From positions 1-37,528 of the IMG/VR virus record IMGVR_UViG_3300012933_000191: a stretch of DNA of 37,528 nucleotides. The stretch is one strand, 5' to 3'. Origin of the DNA: a virus. Lineage: Duplodnaviria > Caudoviricetes. The position numbers and the translations under genes are program-made. The notes beneath the pieces were generated by a model. That model worked only from the letters and a program-made list of their open reading frames with translations, did not search any database and had not been told where the DNA came from. Position 1 is the first letter of the stretch. Each line of letters begins with the position of its first letter. Positions 26,075 to 32,754 of the stretch are shown here, piece by piece.

Positions 26075-27672
26075 AAGGCCTCCTCTTGTCGTTCGTTCAT
26101 ACGTCCTGTGTGTTTATTGTACAACAGCTTACAAGCAGGGCCTGTAGTGCCGCTGAATCGGTTCTTAAGTACTCTCACCTTGGTTGTGTTGCGCTCTGTC
26201 AGGTCTTCATGCTGACCATTACGCTCAAGGCCAATAACCATGTCTGAGAGCTGTGCAATGGAGCCTGAGCCACGCAGCTGAGCCAATGATGTAGCAGCCC
26301 CCTCTTCATGGCCTTTGTCGCTTGGGCGCTTCAAATGGCTCACAACAACTAGGGCAATGCCTGTCTCTTGGACCAGCATACGCAGCTTGGTCATGATTTC
26401 ATCAATAGCCTTACGTTCATCCCCTCCTTCTTGTGCTGACACAATGATGGAGATGTGATCAAGGAATACATATTTACAGCCCATGCCCTTAGCCAAGAAG
26501 CGCACACGGTTGAGAATGTTATCAATGGAGGTGCTGCCAAAGTGATCAAACAAATAGAGACGGCCTGTCCCCAATGTGGCATCAAAGGCTTCCTTGCGTT
26601 GCTCCTGTGACACTTCCACGTCTGGCAGGTGCAGCGGTGTGTTAGCAGACATGCTCATGATGGACAAAGCTGTCTTCTTAACGCTCTCTTCCAAGAACAT
26701 AAGGCCAATGTTGTCTTGTGTCTTTTGCAGGATGTGCCACACCAGCTCACGCAGGAATTGACTTTTGCCTAAGCCAGAACCAGCTGTCACTGTCACCAGC
26801 TCGCCTGTACGAATACCGTAGGTTAGGTCATTCAAGCCTTCCCAAGGGTAGTCACAGTCAGCCTTCACCATAGGGGCAGACACTTCCTCCCACAGAGAAG
26901 AACCAGCCACAATGCCATCAGGGGTTTCCAGCTCAGCAGCCCACCAACGATCAATGAATTCCTTCTCCTTGCCTGCCAACAAGAAGTCACAGCCATCCTT
27001 GTAGCCGTCAATGCCCTTAAACACCTTGGCCTTGCCTGCAAACACAGCTGCCACCTGTTGTGCTGCCTGCTTGCCCACCTCGTCATTATCAAAACAAATG
27101 ACAATGTTCTCAAAGGAGGAGAGCCATTCATATTGCTCTTTACAGTCTTTAGCAGCTCCACCAGCACCATTGCGTACAGACACTACAGGCCACTTAGAAC
27201 CAAGCATTTGATAGACAGCCAATGCGTCATATTCACCTTCCACCACAGTGACATACTTGCCACCCTTGGTGAACAGCTGCTGACCAAACAAGCCGCTGCC
27301 TTTCCACTCGCCTGCTGTGCTAAAAGCCTTCTCGGCAATGCTTCGCTTCTTGGCAGCTACAAGAACATCCTCCTTAAAGTAGGGGAAGAATACATTACTA
27401 GTGTCAGCAACTACACCATACTTCTCCACAGTGGCCTTAGCAATGCGTCTAGAGGCAATAGAAGGACTTGGAAGGCCTGCTAATGAGCTTCGTAGGGCAG
27501 CAATGGCTTCGATGTGTTGTGGCTTGTTCTCTTCGACAAATGTTTCAGTCATTTCAGTGCTTCTTGTGAATGTGTTACAGACAAAGCAAAAGGTGCTTCC
27601 GTCTTCGTTGATTGATAAGCCGTCACTGCTTTGGCAGCTTGGGCATGGTAGGTGTGTCTTTATGAACGACAT
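26071..27672 (-). CDS. Primase-helicase (T7 gp4-like)
   Basis: Zn finger CPSC..CFVC, TOPRIM EGEYD and FDND, Walker A AGSGLGKS, LDHIS and LRGSGSIAQLSD. Confidence 0.96.
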   Translation of the reverse strand: MSFIKTHLPCPSCQSSDGLSINEDGSTFCFVCNTFTRSTEMTETFVEENKPQHIEAIAALRSSLAGLPSPSIASRRIAKATVEKYGVVADTSNVFFPYFKEDVLVAAKKRSIAEKAFSTAGEWKGSGLFGQQLFTKGGKYVTVVEGEYDALAVYQMLGSKWPVVSVRNGAGGAAKDCKEQYEWLSSFENIVICFDNDEVGKQAAQQVAAVFAGKAKVFKGIDGYKDGCDFLLAGKEKEFIDRWWAAELETPDGIVAGSSLWEEVSAPMVKADCDYPWEGLNDLTYGIRTGELVTVTAGSGLGKSQFLRELVWHILQKTQDNIGLMFLEESVKKTALSIMSMSANTPLHLPDVEVSQEQRKEAFDATLGTGRLYLFDHFGSTSIDNILNRVRFLAKGMGCKYVFLDHISIIVSAQEGGDERKAIDEIMTKLRMLVQETGIALVVVSHLKRPSDKGHEEGAATSLAQLRGSGSIAQLSDMVIGLERNGQHEDLTERNTTKVRVLKNRFSGTTGPACKLLYNKHTGRMNERQEEAL

Positions 27673-27790
27673 GTTCTTCCTTTTTTTGGGTTTCTGGCTT
27701 CTTATTAAAGATTAGGTCCCAATTGTTTAATATGGCTTGAGCGTTTTCCTTGCGTCTTGCGCTCCCTTTGCCTCCGTCACTATGTGTCAT
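27623..27790 (-). CDS. Small hypothetical protein
   Basis: SDGGKGSARR...NWDLIF.KK pattern. Confidence 0.65.
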   Translation of the reverse strand: MTHSDGGKGSARRKENAQAILNNWDLIFNKKPETQKKEEHVVHKDTPTMPKLPKQ

Positions 27791-28011
27791 GCTTTTCCTC
27801 TCGATTTCCAGTATGCGTCTGTATTGCCTAGCTTTTGCCAAAGTGCATCTGCTTCCCACATTGCATCTGCCCAATAAAACAAATACAGCCAAAGCTGCAA
27901 ATCACGGTCACCACCTTTGCTACATAGCTTGTGGAACTCTTGAGCATTCAGCAAGTGCGAGATTTGGTATTGACGCAAGTTGTAATATAAGCGTAGCTCT
28001 TGAAGTGTCAT
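27787..28011 (-). CDS. Hypothetical Trp-rich protein
   Basis: ATGA overlaps; GGAG RBS. Confidence 0.55.
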   Translation of the reverse strand: MTLQELRLYYNLRQYQISHLLNAQEFHKLCSKGGDRDLQLWLYLFYWADAMWEADALWQKLGNTDAYWKSRGKA

Positions 28012-28181
28012 GCTTCTTTCTCCAAAGGGATGTCTTTCCATTCACCCCGTGTCATTGGGTATTGAACATCATAAGCAAACCATTGTTGCAACACTTTTAT
28101 TGTCTGTGAATAGGCTCCAATAGTGCCAGTTGACAATAAAACTTCTCGCTCAACAAAGCGAAGTCTTGGTGTTGGGTTCAT
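28008..28181 (-). CDS. Hypothetical protein (57 aa); absent from the ORF track
   Basis: MNPTPRLRFVER...VLQQWF...GEWKDIPLEKEA*; ATGA overlaps on both sides. Confidence 0.7.
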   Translation of the reverse strand: MNPTPRLRFVEREVLLSTGTIGAYSQTIKVLQQWFAYDVQYPMTRGEWKDIPLEKEA

Positions 28182-28657
28182 GTGTTCTTCTCCGTTGAGT
28201 GAAAGCCATTCTTGGCTTTTAGTTTGGCTTCAATTGCTTCAGCTAATGCCATCAAACTGTCGCCTTCTTCCCAATTAATTTCATCTTCATCATCCATCCC
28301 AACCCATGTGCGTTGTTGTGGTGTGGTGTAAAGATCAGCGACTTGTTCTTGATAATGATCGTGCGCCAGACCCAATTCGTAACGAATGTAATCCCACCAC
28401 CAACCCACGTTTCCACCACCGTAATCATTAAGCAAACCAGCATCATACTCAGCCAACGCCACAGGCTCACCCTGCTCTTGCTTGATAACAGGGTCAAACA
28501 CAATCCCACCACATCGAGCGCATACATTGCCGTCTTGCTCTTGCTTGGCTAGTGCTTCTTCTAGGGCTTTGATTGCCTTGTCAATACGAATTTCTGGTTT
28601 ATCGTAATAAGCGTCTTGTAATACATCAAGCGCCAGCTTCATTGCTTCTTTACTCAT
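28178..28657 (-). CDS. Modular hypothetical protein (KLAL...EALAKQEQ type), paralogue A
   Basis: MSKEAMKLALDVL...ALEEALAKQEQ...KQEQGEPVA...LYTTPQQRTWVG...AIEAKLKAKN. Confidence 0.75.
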   Translation of the reverse strand: MSKEAMKLALDVLQDAYYDKPEIRIDKAIKALEEALAKQEQDGNVCARCGGIVFDPVIKQEQGEPVALAEYDAGLLNDYGGGNVGWWWDYIRYELGLAHDHYQEQVADLYTTPQQRTWVGMDDEDEINWEEGDSLMALAEAIEAKLKAKNGFHSTEKNT

Positions 28658-28973
28658 GGCTTTTCCTTTGCTTCTTTTGCTCGGCACTCTTTTTTGGCTG
28701 AGGCATAACCCCTTTTCCATGCGTTCTTTACATCTTCTAAAGTCCACACGGCTTGGGCTTTGCAGTTGTCATAACCTGATTTCCACGCATTGTTTAAATC
28801 TTCTGTGCTATATACGCCAAACGGATATTCATGCTCTTGCTTGGCTAGTGCTTTTTCTAGGGCTAGTTTTGCTTTTGCTTGCAAAGGATAGTCGTTTGAC
28901 CATTCAAACTCGCAACCAGAGCAATCGTCTTTGATGTCTTCCAACGCCTCAAGCGCCAGCTTTAATGCTTCTT
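28536..28973. repeat. Dispersed direct repeats shared by the two paralogues
   Basis: 28536-28568 vs 28832-28864 (32/33 identical); 28626-28650 vs 28949-28973 (23/25). Confidence 0.9.
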
Positions 28974-28983
28974 GGTTTGTCAT
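28654..28983 (-). CDS. Modular hypothetical protein, paralogue B
   Basis: MTNQEALKLALEAL...ALEKALAKQEH; internal duplication ED..NAWK.GY. Confidence 0.75.
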   Translation of the reverse strand: MTNQEALKLALEALEDIKDDCSGCEFEWSNDYPLQAKAKLALEKALAKQEHEYPFGVYSTEDLNNAWKSGYDNCKAQAVWTLEDVKNAWKRGYASAKKECRAKEAKEKP

Positions 28984-29181
28984 TTAATGCTTCCAGTTGT
29001 TCAAAAGCTCTTGCATAAAAGCCTTCTCTTGTTCTGTAAACTCACGGGCCTCATTGCTTGCATTCAACACAATGCCAATGGCCTGTAAGAACCCATCATA
29101 TCCAATGTGCTTGATTAGATCACGAATGTCCATCATGGTGAACATCAAATGAGCCTCTAGCTCTTCAACATTAGCCTTCAT
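28984..29181 (-). CDS. Hypothetical protein
   Basis: GGAG RBS; MKANVEELEAH... Confidence 0.6.
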   Translation of the reverse strand: MKANVEELEAHLMFTMMDIRDLIKHIGYDGFLQAIGIVLNASNEAREFTEQEKAFMQELLNNWKH

Positions 29182-29368
29182 AGCTCTCTTCTCCTTCATG
29201 TTCAACATCATCTTCCTCGTGTCTCAAATCAATACGTTCAATTGTACAAACATCTTCCTTGATGTGATAGTAACACCCATTACAAACATCTAAGAATTGT
29301 CCTGTTGTAGCACTCTTACGTGTGGCTTCAAAGTCAGACAGTTCAACATTACAACAATAACATCTCAT
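29171..29368 (-). CDS. Small zinc-finger protein
   Basis: MRCYCCN..LSDFEATRK...LDVCNGC; GGAG RBS. Confidence 0.75.
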   Translation of the reverse strand: MRCYCCNVELSDFEATRKSATTGQFLDVCNGCYYHIKEDVCTIERIDLRHEEDDVEHEGEESYEG

Positions 29369-29466
29369 AGGCTCTCCATATAGGTTACATATAAGTCTAC
29401 TTATAAGTTACATACTATGTTAATTATCATTGTATGTCTACCTATATGAAGACCTCATAAGGTCTT

Positions 29467-29494
29467 ATTGTACCTTGTAATGACAATCTGTCAA
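29467..29494 (-). promoter_or_regulatory. sigma70 promoter for the middle/replication genes
   Basis: Minus strand TTGACA-16 nt-TACAAT in the intergenic gap. Confidence 0.65.
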
Positions 29495-29501
29495 CACATT
29501 G

Positions 29502-29744
29502 TTAAACATCTTCTTTGTTATGTTGTTTATACGCAACAAGCAGGTCTTCCAATGTCTCTTCTGACAATAGGCTTACAAACTCATGGCCTCCAACTAACAC
29601 ACTTTCCACATAGGCAATTGGCTCTTCATACTCACGGCCTGTATGTGGGTCCATACGTTCTATCGTGATGGTGTCAACTGCCACCATGAAAGGCACACCA
29701 GCATGGCTCAGGAGTTCATACACGGGGTTGTAAATGTTTTTCAT
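29502..29744 (-). CDS. Hypothetical protein
   Basis: 80 aa; ATGA overlap. Confidence 0.65.
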   Translation of the reverse strand: MKNIYNPVYELLSHAGVPFMVAVDTITIERMDPHTGREYEEPIAYVESVLVGGHEFVSLLSEETLEDLLVAYKQHNKEDV

Positions 29745-29956
29745 TGCTCCCTCGCTTTCATCATTGCGTCGGCGTACATATAGGCCTCTTGAGCCATATC
29801 ACGCGCATCATCTCCAACGCCCCATGTGGTTCTAGCTAGTTGAGCTTGCATCGCCTTAGCAGCAAAGTAGTCACGCAAAGTCATACCTTCATCATCTGTT
29901 GTCGATACGTTGTGATATTGTGCTCGTTTGATTGTTGGAAAAGCTGGTTTGCTCAT
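29741..29956 (-). CDS. Hypothetical phage protein (PAFP...GMTLRDYFAAKAMQ type)
   Basis: Pattern recognised as common in proteobacterial phages; ends AY.YADAMMKARE. Confidence 0.8.
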   Translation of the reverse strand: MSKPAFPTIKRAQYHNVSTTDDEGMTLRDYFAAKAMQAQLARTTWGVGDDARDMAQEAYMYADAMMKAREQ

Positions 29957-30020
29957 GGTTTTGCTCCAAGAATGGTTTCAATAATGTGTTTCAGTGTCAA
30001 ATAGATGGCTCTAAGGTCGC

Positions 30021-30194
30021 TCATACATCCTCACAAAGGGAGGCCAACACGCCTGACACAACTACCACCCACATCAAACCCCCTAGAATGCCTCCAAAAG
30101 CCTCTACAAGGCCTGTTAAGGAGGCACAGAAGGCCCAGATAAGGAAACACACGAAAAGCCCGTGTAAGGCCCAATTTGCTGCTCTTGTTTTCAT
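30021..30194 (-). CDS. Small two-TM membrane protein
   Basis: GGAG RBS; two hydrophobic segments. Confidence 0.55.
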   Translation of the reverse strand: MKTRAANWALHGLFVCFLIWAFCASLTGLVEAFGGILGGLMWVVVVSGVLASLCEDV

Positions 30195-30239
30195 ACAAAC
30201 TCTCCAATAAGTGTTGTTTTTATACAACATGTTACACAT

Positions 30240-30392
30240 TCAGTCCATCAGCTCCGCATACACGGGTCCAATGTCTACATATCCACTCATCTCATACGCT
30301 TTGTCGATGGCTTCTTCCATGCTTTCGGCTTCCACTTCAAATTCATAGCCATAACCTGCATCATGATCCACGTATATCATGTAAGTTTTCAT
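30240..30392 (-). CDS. Small acidic hypothetical protein
   Basis: MKTY...FEVEAESMEEAIDKA pattern; GGAG RBS. Confidence 0.65.
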   Translation of the reverse strand: MKTYMIYVDHDAGYGYEFEVEAESMEEAIDKAYEMSGYVDIGPVYAELMD

Positions 30393-30393
30393 A

Positions 30394-30510
30394 TCAAATG
30401 CTCCACATTGGTGCATCAGGCAGGGTTGCCCTTTGCTGTTGTTCATATTGCCTCACCTGTTCAGGGGTCCAAGGCTTCGCAGGGAAAGAAGGGAAAGGCC
30501 ACGCTGTCAT
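30394..30510 (-). CDS. 38-aa peptide with WPFP motif; absent from the ORF track
   Basis: MTAWPFPSFPAKPWTPEQVRQYEQQQRATLPDAPMWSI*; GAGGAG RBS; ATGA overlap. Confidence 0.6.
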   Translation of the reverse strand: MTAWPFPSFPAKPWTPEQVRQYEQQQRATLPDAPMWSI

Positions 30511-30704
30511 GCGTTTAACTCCTCTTCAACGATTCGATCAATCTGACACATTGCCAAGGGGTCTAAAATGTCCGTGATTGTATCCCCAGCGTGCCGCACC
30601 TGTTGCGTGTACACCCAATGCCTCCCGTCTAACATGGATTTTCCACGCTTAACGTCTACATCAAGGCCTACGCCCTTATATTTAATGCTAAAAGTTGTTT
30701 TCAT
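30507..30704 (-). CDS. Hypothetical early protein
   Basis: 65 aa ORF within the early operon. Confidence 0.65.
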   Translation of the reverse strand: MKTTFSIKYKGVGLDVDVKRGKSMLDGRHWVYTQQVRHAGDTITDILDPLAMCQIDRIVEEELNA

Positions 30705-30707
30705 TGT

Positions 30708-30941
30708 TCAACCCCCAATATGTATAACCTGAAAATGCTCACGCATGAACGTGTCGATTTCCTTATGCTCTGCGACAATGCGCTCATGCACCACACGTCC
30801 CAAGCGAATCAAATCGTTTGCTTCATCCCCCGTAAGCCCCTTATGCTCTGCAAAGGTTGTTATTGTGAGATAGTCGTTCACATATTCCAGATATTCGGCC
30901 TGAATTGTCTCTTTAAGTGTCTGTGTTTTACGTTTAGCCAT
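30708..30941 (-). CDS. Hypothetical early protein
   Basis: YLEYVNDYLTI..FAEH.GL pattern. Confidence 0.7.
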   Translation of the reverse strand: MAKRKTQTLKETIQAEYLEYVNDYLTITTFAEHKGLTGDEANDLIRLGRVVHERIVAEHKEIDTFMREHFQVIHIGG

Positions 30942-31147
30942 TATTTAACCCCTTTGATCAAACCGTTTTCCATTGTCACATTGGCAAAGAATTCACGCCC
31001 CCTCCCTGTAATATGGGGACGGTTTGCGCCCGTAAGCACCCCATTGTCTAAGTATTCAGGGCCAAAAATGGACGTTTCAATATAGCGCAAGGGTTTGCCT
31101 ACATTTTCTTTCAGTTGTTTTTTTGAGTCGTAATTGAACACTAACAT
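30941..31147 (-). CDS. Conserved-looking hypothetical early protein
   Basis: Y.SKK.LKE.VGKPLRYIETS.FGPEY...REFFA.VTM.NGLI..V; AAGGGG RBS. Confidence 0.75.
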   Translation of the reverse strand: MLVFNYDSKKQLKENVGKPLRYIETSIFGPEYLDNGVLTGANRPHITGRGREFFANVTMENGLIKGVK

Positions 31148-31232
31148 ATGAACCCCTTTTCTAGGTGTCAGACAGTGCGACAATGCACCCAGCAAGGCCC
31201 GTAATAGGCCCTATAAGCTGAATTGTGGCAAA

Positions 31233-31388
31233 TTAATAGCGTGCTAGCCATTCTAGCGTAATGCCAGCGTGAGTGTATTCTCCTGTCTTGATTAGATTGT
31301 TAATATATTCTGTTCTTTCCGTCATTGTCTCACAACAATATACGTTGAAATAGTTTCTTTTGAAATTGTAGGCTTGAATTCTGTACAC
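31233..31388 (-). CDS. Hypothetical early protein (51 aa); absent from the ORF track
   Basis: GTG start after AAGGGG; MYRIQAYNFKRNYFNVYCC...WLARY*. Confidence 0.55.
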   Translation of the reverse strand: MYRIQAYNFKRNYFNVYCCETMTERTEYINNLIKTGEYTHAGITLEWLARY

Positions 31389-31399
31389 AATGTTTCCCC

Positions 31400-32107
31400 T
31401 TAAACAACAAAACCTGTAGTGTCACGTTTTGCAGCGCCCTTAGCATATAGGCCTACAATAACCCCTTGATTATCTAAATGTCTCACATCACTGTTATCAC
31501 CTGACACCACGTGCATACCCTGAAACACCACTGGAATGCTGGCTAGCGTCCTAAAAACAACTGCTAAGCGCATTCCCTTAGCCTTAGCCTTTGAGACATA
31601 AGGGGAAAAGCCACTCACACCACTGTATGAAAATGTTAAATCATAATTATCGGGTATGTTCTTACGGTTTGCGTCCTTCGTATAGTCATAGAATTGAACA
31701 TTAGGAAAGGCTTCAAAAATGTTTGCATGTGATTCAAACGGGACATTTTCCCAGCGAATATCGGACGTGCCGTTAAGTCTAACCAATGGGGTTAGCCCCT
31801 TGCGCTCTGCTTTTTTGATCAAGGCCTTAATGTTCTTAAACAATTGGGCCATAAAAGCATCCCGTGCTTCATAGAAAAACAATGTCTTGTCTATGCGGCT
31901 TTGTTGCACATTGTTAAATGCACCACGTCCCGCAGTGTATAAACATGCTTTAGCACACCCAGCTTTTTCGGCCATTGAACACGTATTGTATTTTGTGGTG
32001 TTTGCAGGTGCTAGATAGAGAATGCCAGTTAGATAACCCAGCTTTTCCCCTTTTACTGTTTTAGTATCGGCACTAATGGAAAGAAGATTTTTAGATTGTT
32101 TGAACAT
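31400..32107 (-). CDS. Gp88-like Cys-motif protein (radical-SAM-like fold, inferred)
   Basis: LYLAPA..C.....GC...CLYTAGRG, VRLNGTSDI, VQFYDYTK, LTFSYS and GD.SD.R..D motifs. Confidence 0.75.
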   Translation of the reverse strand: MFKQSKNLLSISADTKTVKGEKLGYLTGILYLAPANTTKYNTCSMAEKAGCAKACLYTAGRGAFNNVQQSRIDKTLFFYEARDAFMAQLFKNIKALIKKAERKGLTPLVRLNGTSDIRWENVPFESHANIFEAFPNVQFYDYTKDANRKNIPDNYDLTFSYSGVSGFSPYVSKAKAKGMRLAVVFRTLASIPVVFQGMHVVSGDNSDVRHLDNQGVIVGLYAKGAAKRDTTGFVV

Positions 32108-32116
32108 ATTAGCCCC

Positions 32117-32233
32117 TTAGAGAGTGAAACCAGTTAACAAAGCCATAAGGCCTAGAATAGCTACAGTGTAAACAATGCCTAAGCAAAGCCACAAAGCAGC
32201 ATTAAGGGCCAATTGTAGTGGTGTGTGTGTCAT
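32117..32233 (-). CDS. 38-aa single-TM peptide; absent from the ORF track
   Basis: AAGGA RBS; MTHTPLQLALNAALWLCLGIVYTVAILGLMALLTGFTL*. Confidence 0.55.
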   Translation of the reverse strand: MTHTPLQLALNAALWLCLGIVYTVAILGLMALLTGFTL

Positions 32234-32270
32234 GGTGTGTATTCCTTTTAAAGCCCCGAAGGGCATTGGG

Positions 32271-32441
32271 TTAGTAATTGTAAGCCTTAGCGCCAAGAGC
32301 CTTAGCCATTGCCTTAGCTTCGGGCTTAGTGGTAAAGAATAATTCTGTCTCTTGGTCTACAATGCTTGGTGATGTGCTAATGATTAGACAGTATTTGAAA
32401 CCGCTAGATTTGCGTGCATTGAATATGTGGGCGTATTTCAT
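32271..32441 (-). CDS. First early gene, hypothetical (56 aa); absent from the ORF track
   Basis: MKYAHIFNARKSSGFKYCLIIST...KPEAKAMAKALGAKAYNY*; followed by a GCCC-TTCG-GGGC hairpin (32253-32264). Confidence 0.6.
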   Translation of the reverse strand: MKYAHIFNARKSSGFKYCLIISTSPSIVDQETELFFTTKPEAKAMAKALGAKAYNY

Positions 32442-32482
32442 AGTGAGTCACTTTGAAGGTTTGGTTAGGATAGTTAATATAT

Positions 32483-32499
32483 AGCAAACAGTGTGCCAA
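32483..32499 (-). promoter_or_regulatory. sigma54 (RpoN) promoter facing the early operon
   Basis: Minus strand TTGGCACACTGTTTGCT = TGGCAC-N5-TTGC with exact GG-N10-GC spacing; ~40 nt upstream of the first early ATG. Confidence 0.8.
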
Positions 32500-32585
32500 C
32501 TCTGCTTTTGTAATGCTTATTGTTTATTTACTTATTATTCTCTAACATTATTAAACCTTTTATCTTCTTGTGCCTATTATTTAAG

Positions 32586-32643
32586 CGCCTTATATTGGTG
32601 CATCAATCACTATTGTGGTGCATTAATGCACAATGATGGTGCT
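32586..32643. promoter_or_regulatory. Three NtrC-type enhancer boxes
   Basis: CGCCTTATATTGGTGCA (32586), ATCACTATTGTGGTGCA (32606) and TGCACAATGATGGTGCT (32627) vs consensus TGCACCA-N3-TGGTGCA; 20 and 21 bp apart. Confidence 0.75.
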
Positions 32644-32648
32644 TTTGG

Positions 32649-32665
32649 TTGGCATAGAATGTGCT
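32649..32665 (+). promoter_or_regulatory. Second, rightward sigma54-like promoter
   Basis: TTGGCATAGAATGTGCT, GG-N10-GC. Confidence 0.55.
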
Positions 32666-32754
32666 TATGCTTGGGGTTTGTGTGCTATGTGTGTGCCTAT
32701 TAGGTGTCTAATAGGTGTCTAATAGGGGTGCATCATAGACCCTCACACCTAGCC

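Noticed and set aside
28113-28128. Additional GG-N10-GC matches (28113-28128 minus; 31226-31240 plus)
   Set aside because: They lack the TTGC -12 element, lie in coding or antisense context and have no enhancer boxes nearby
29953-30024. 23-aa ORF MSDLRAIYLTLKHIIETILGAKP
   Set aside because: Plausible through its ATGA overlaps but too short to support as a feature
32491-32703. 70-aa plus-strand ORF across the enhancer region
   Set aside because: No RBS, odd Cys/Tyr/Leu composition, and it overlies regulatory motifs
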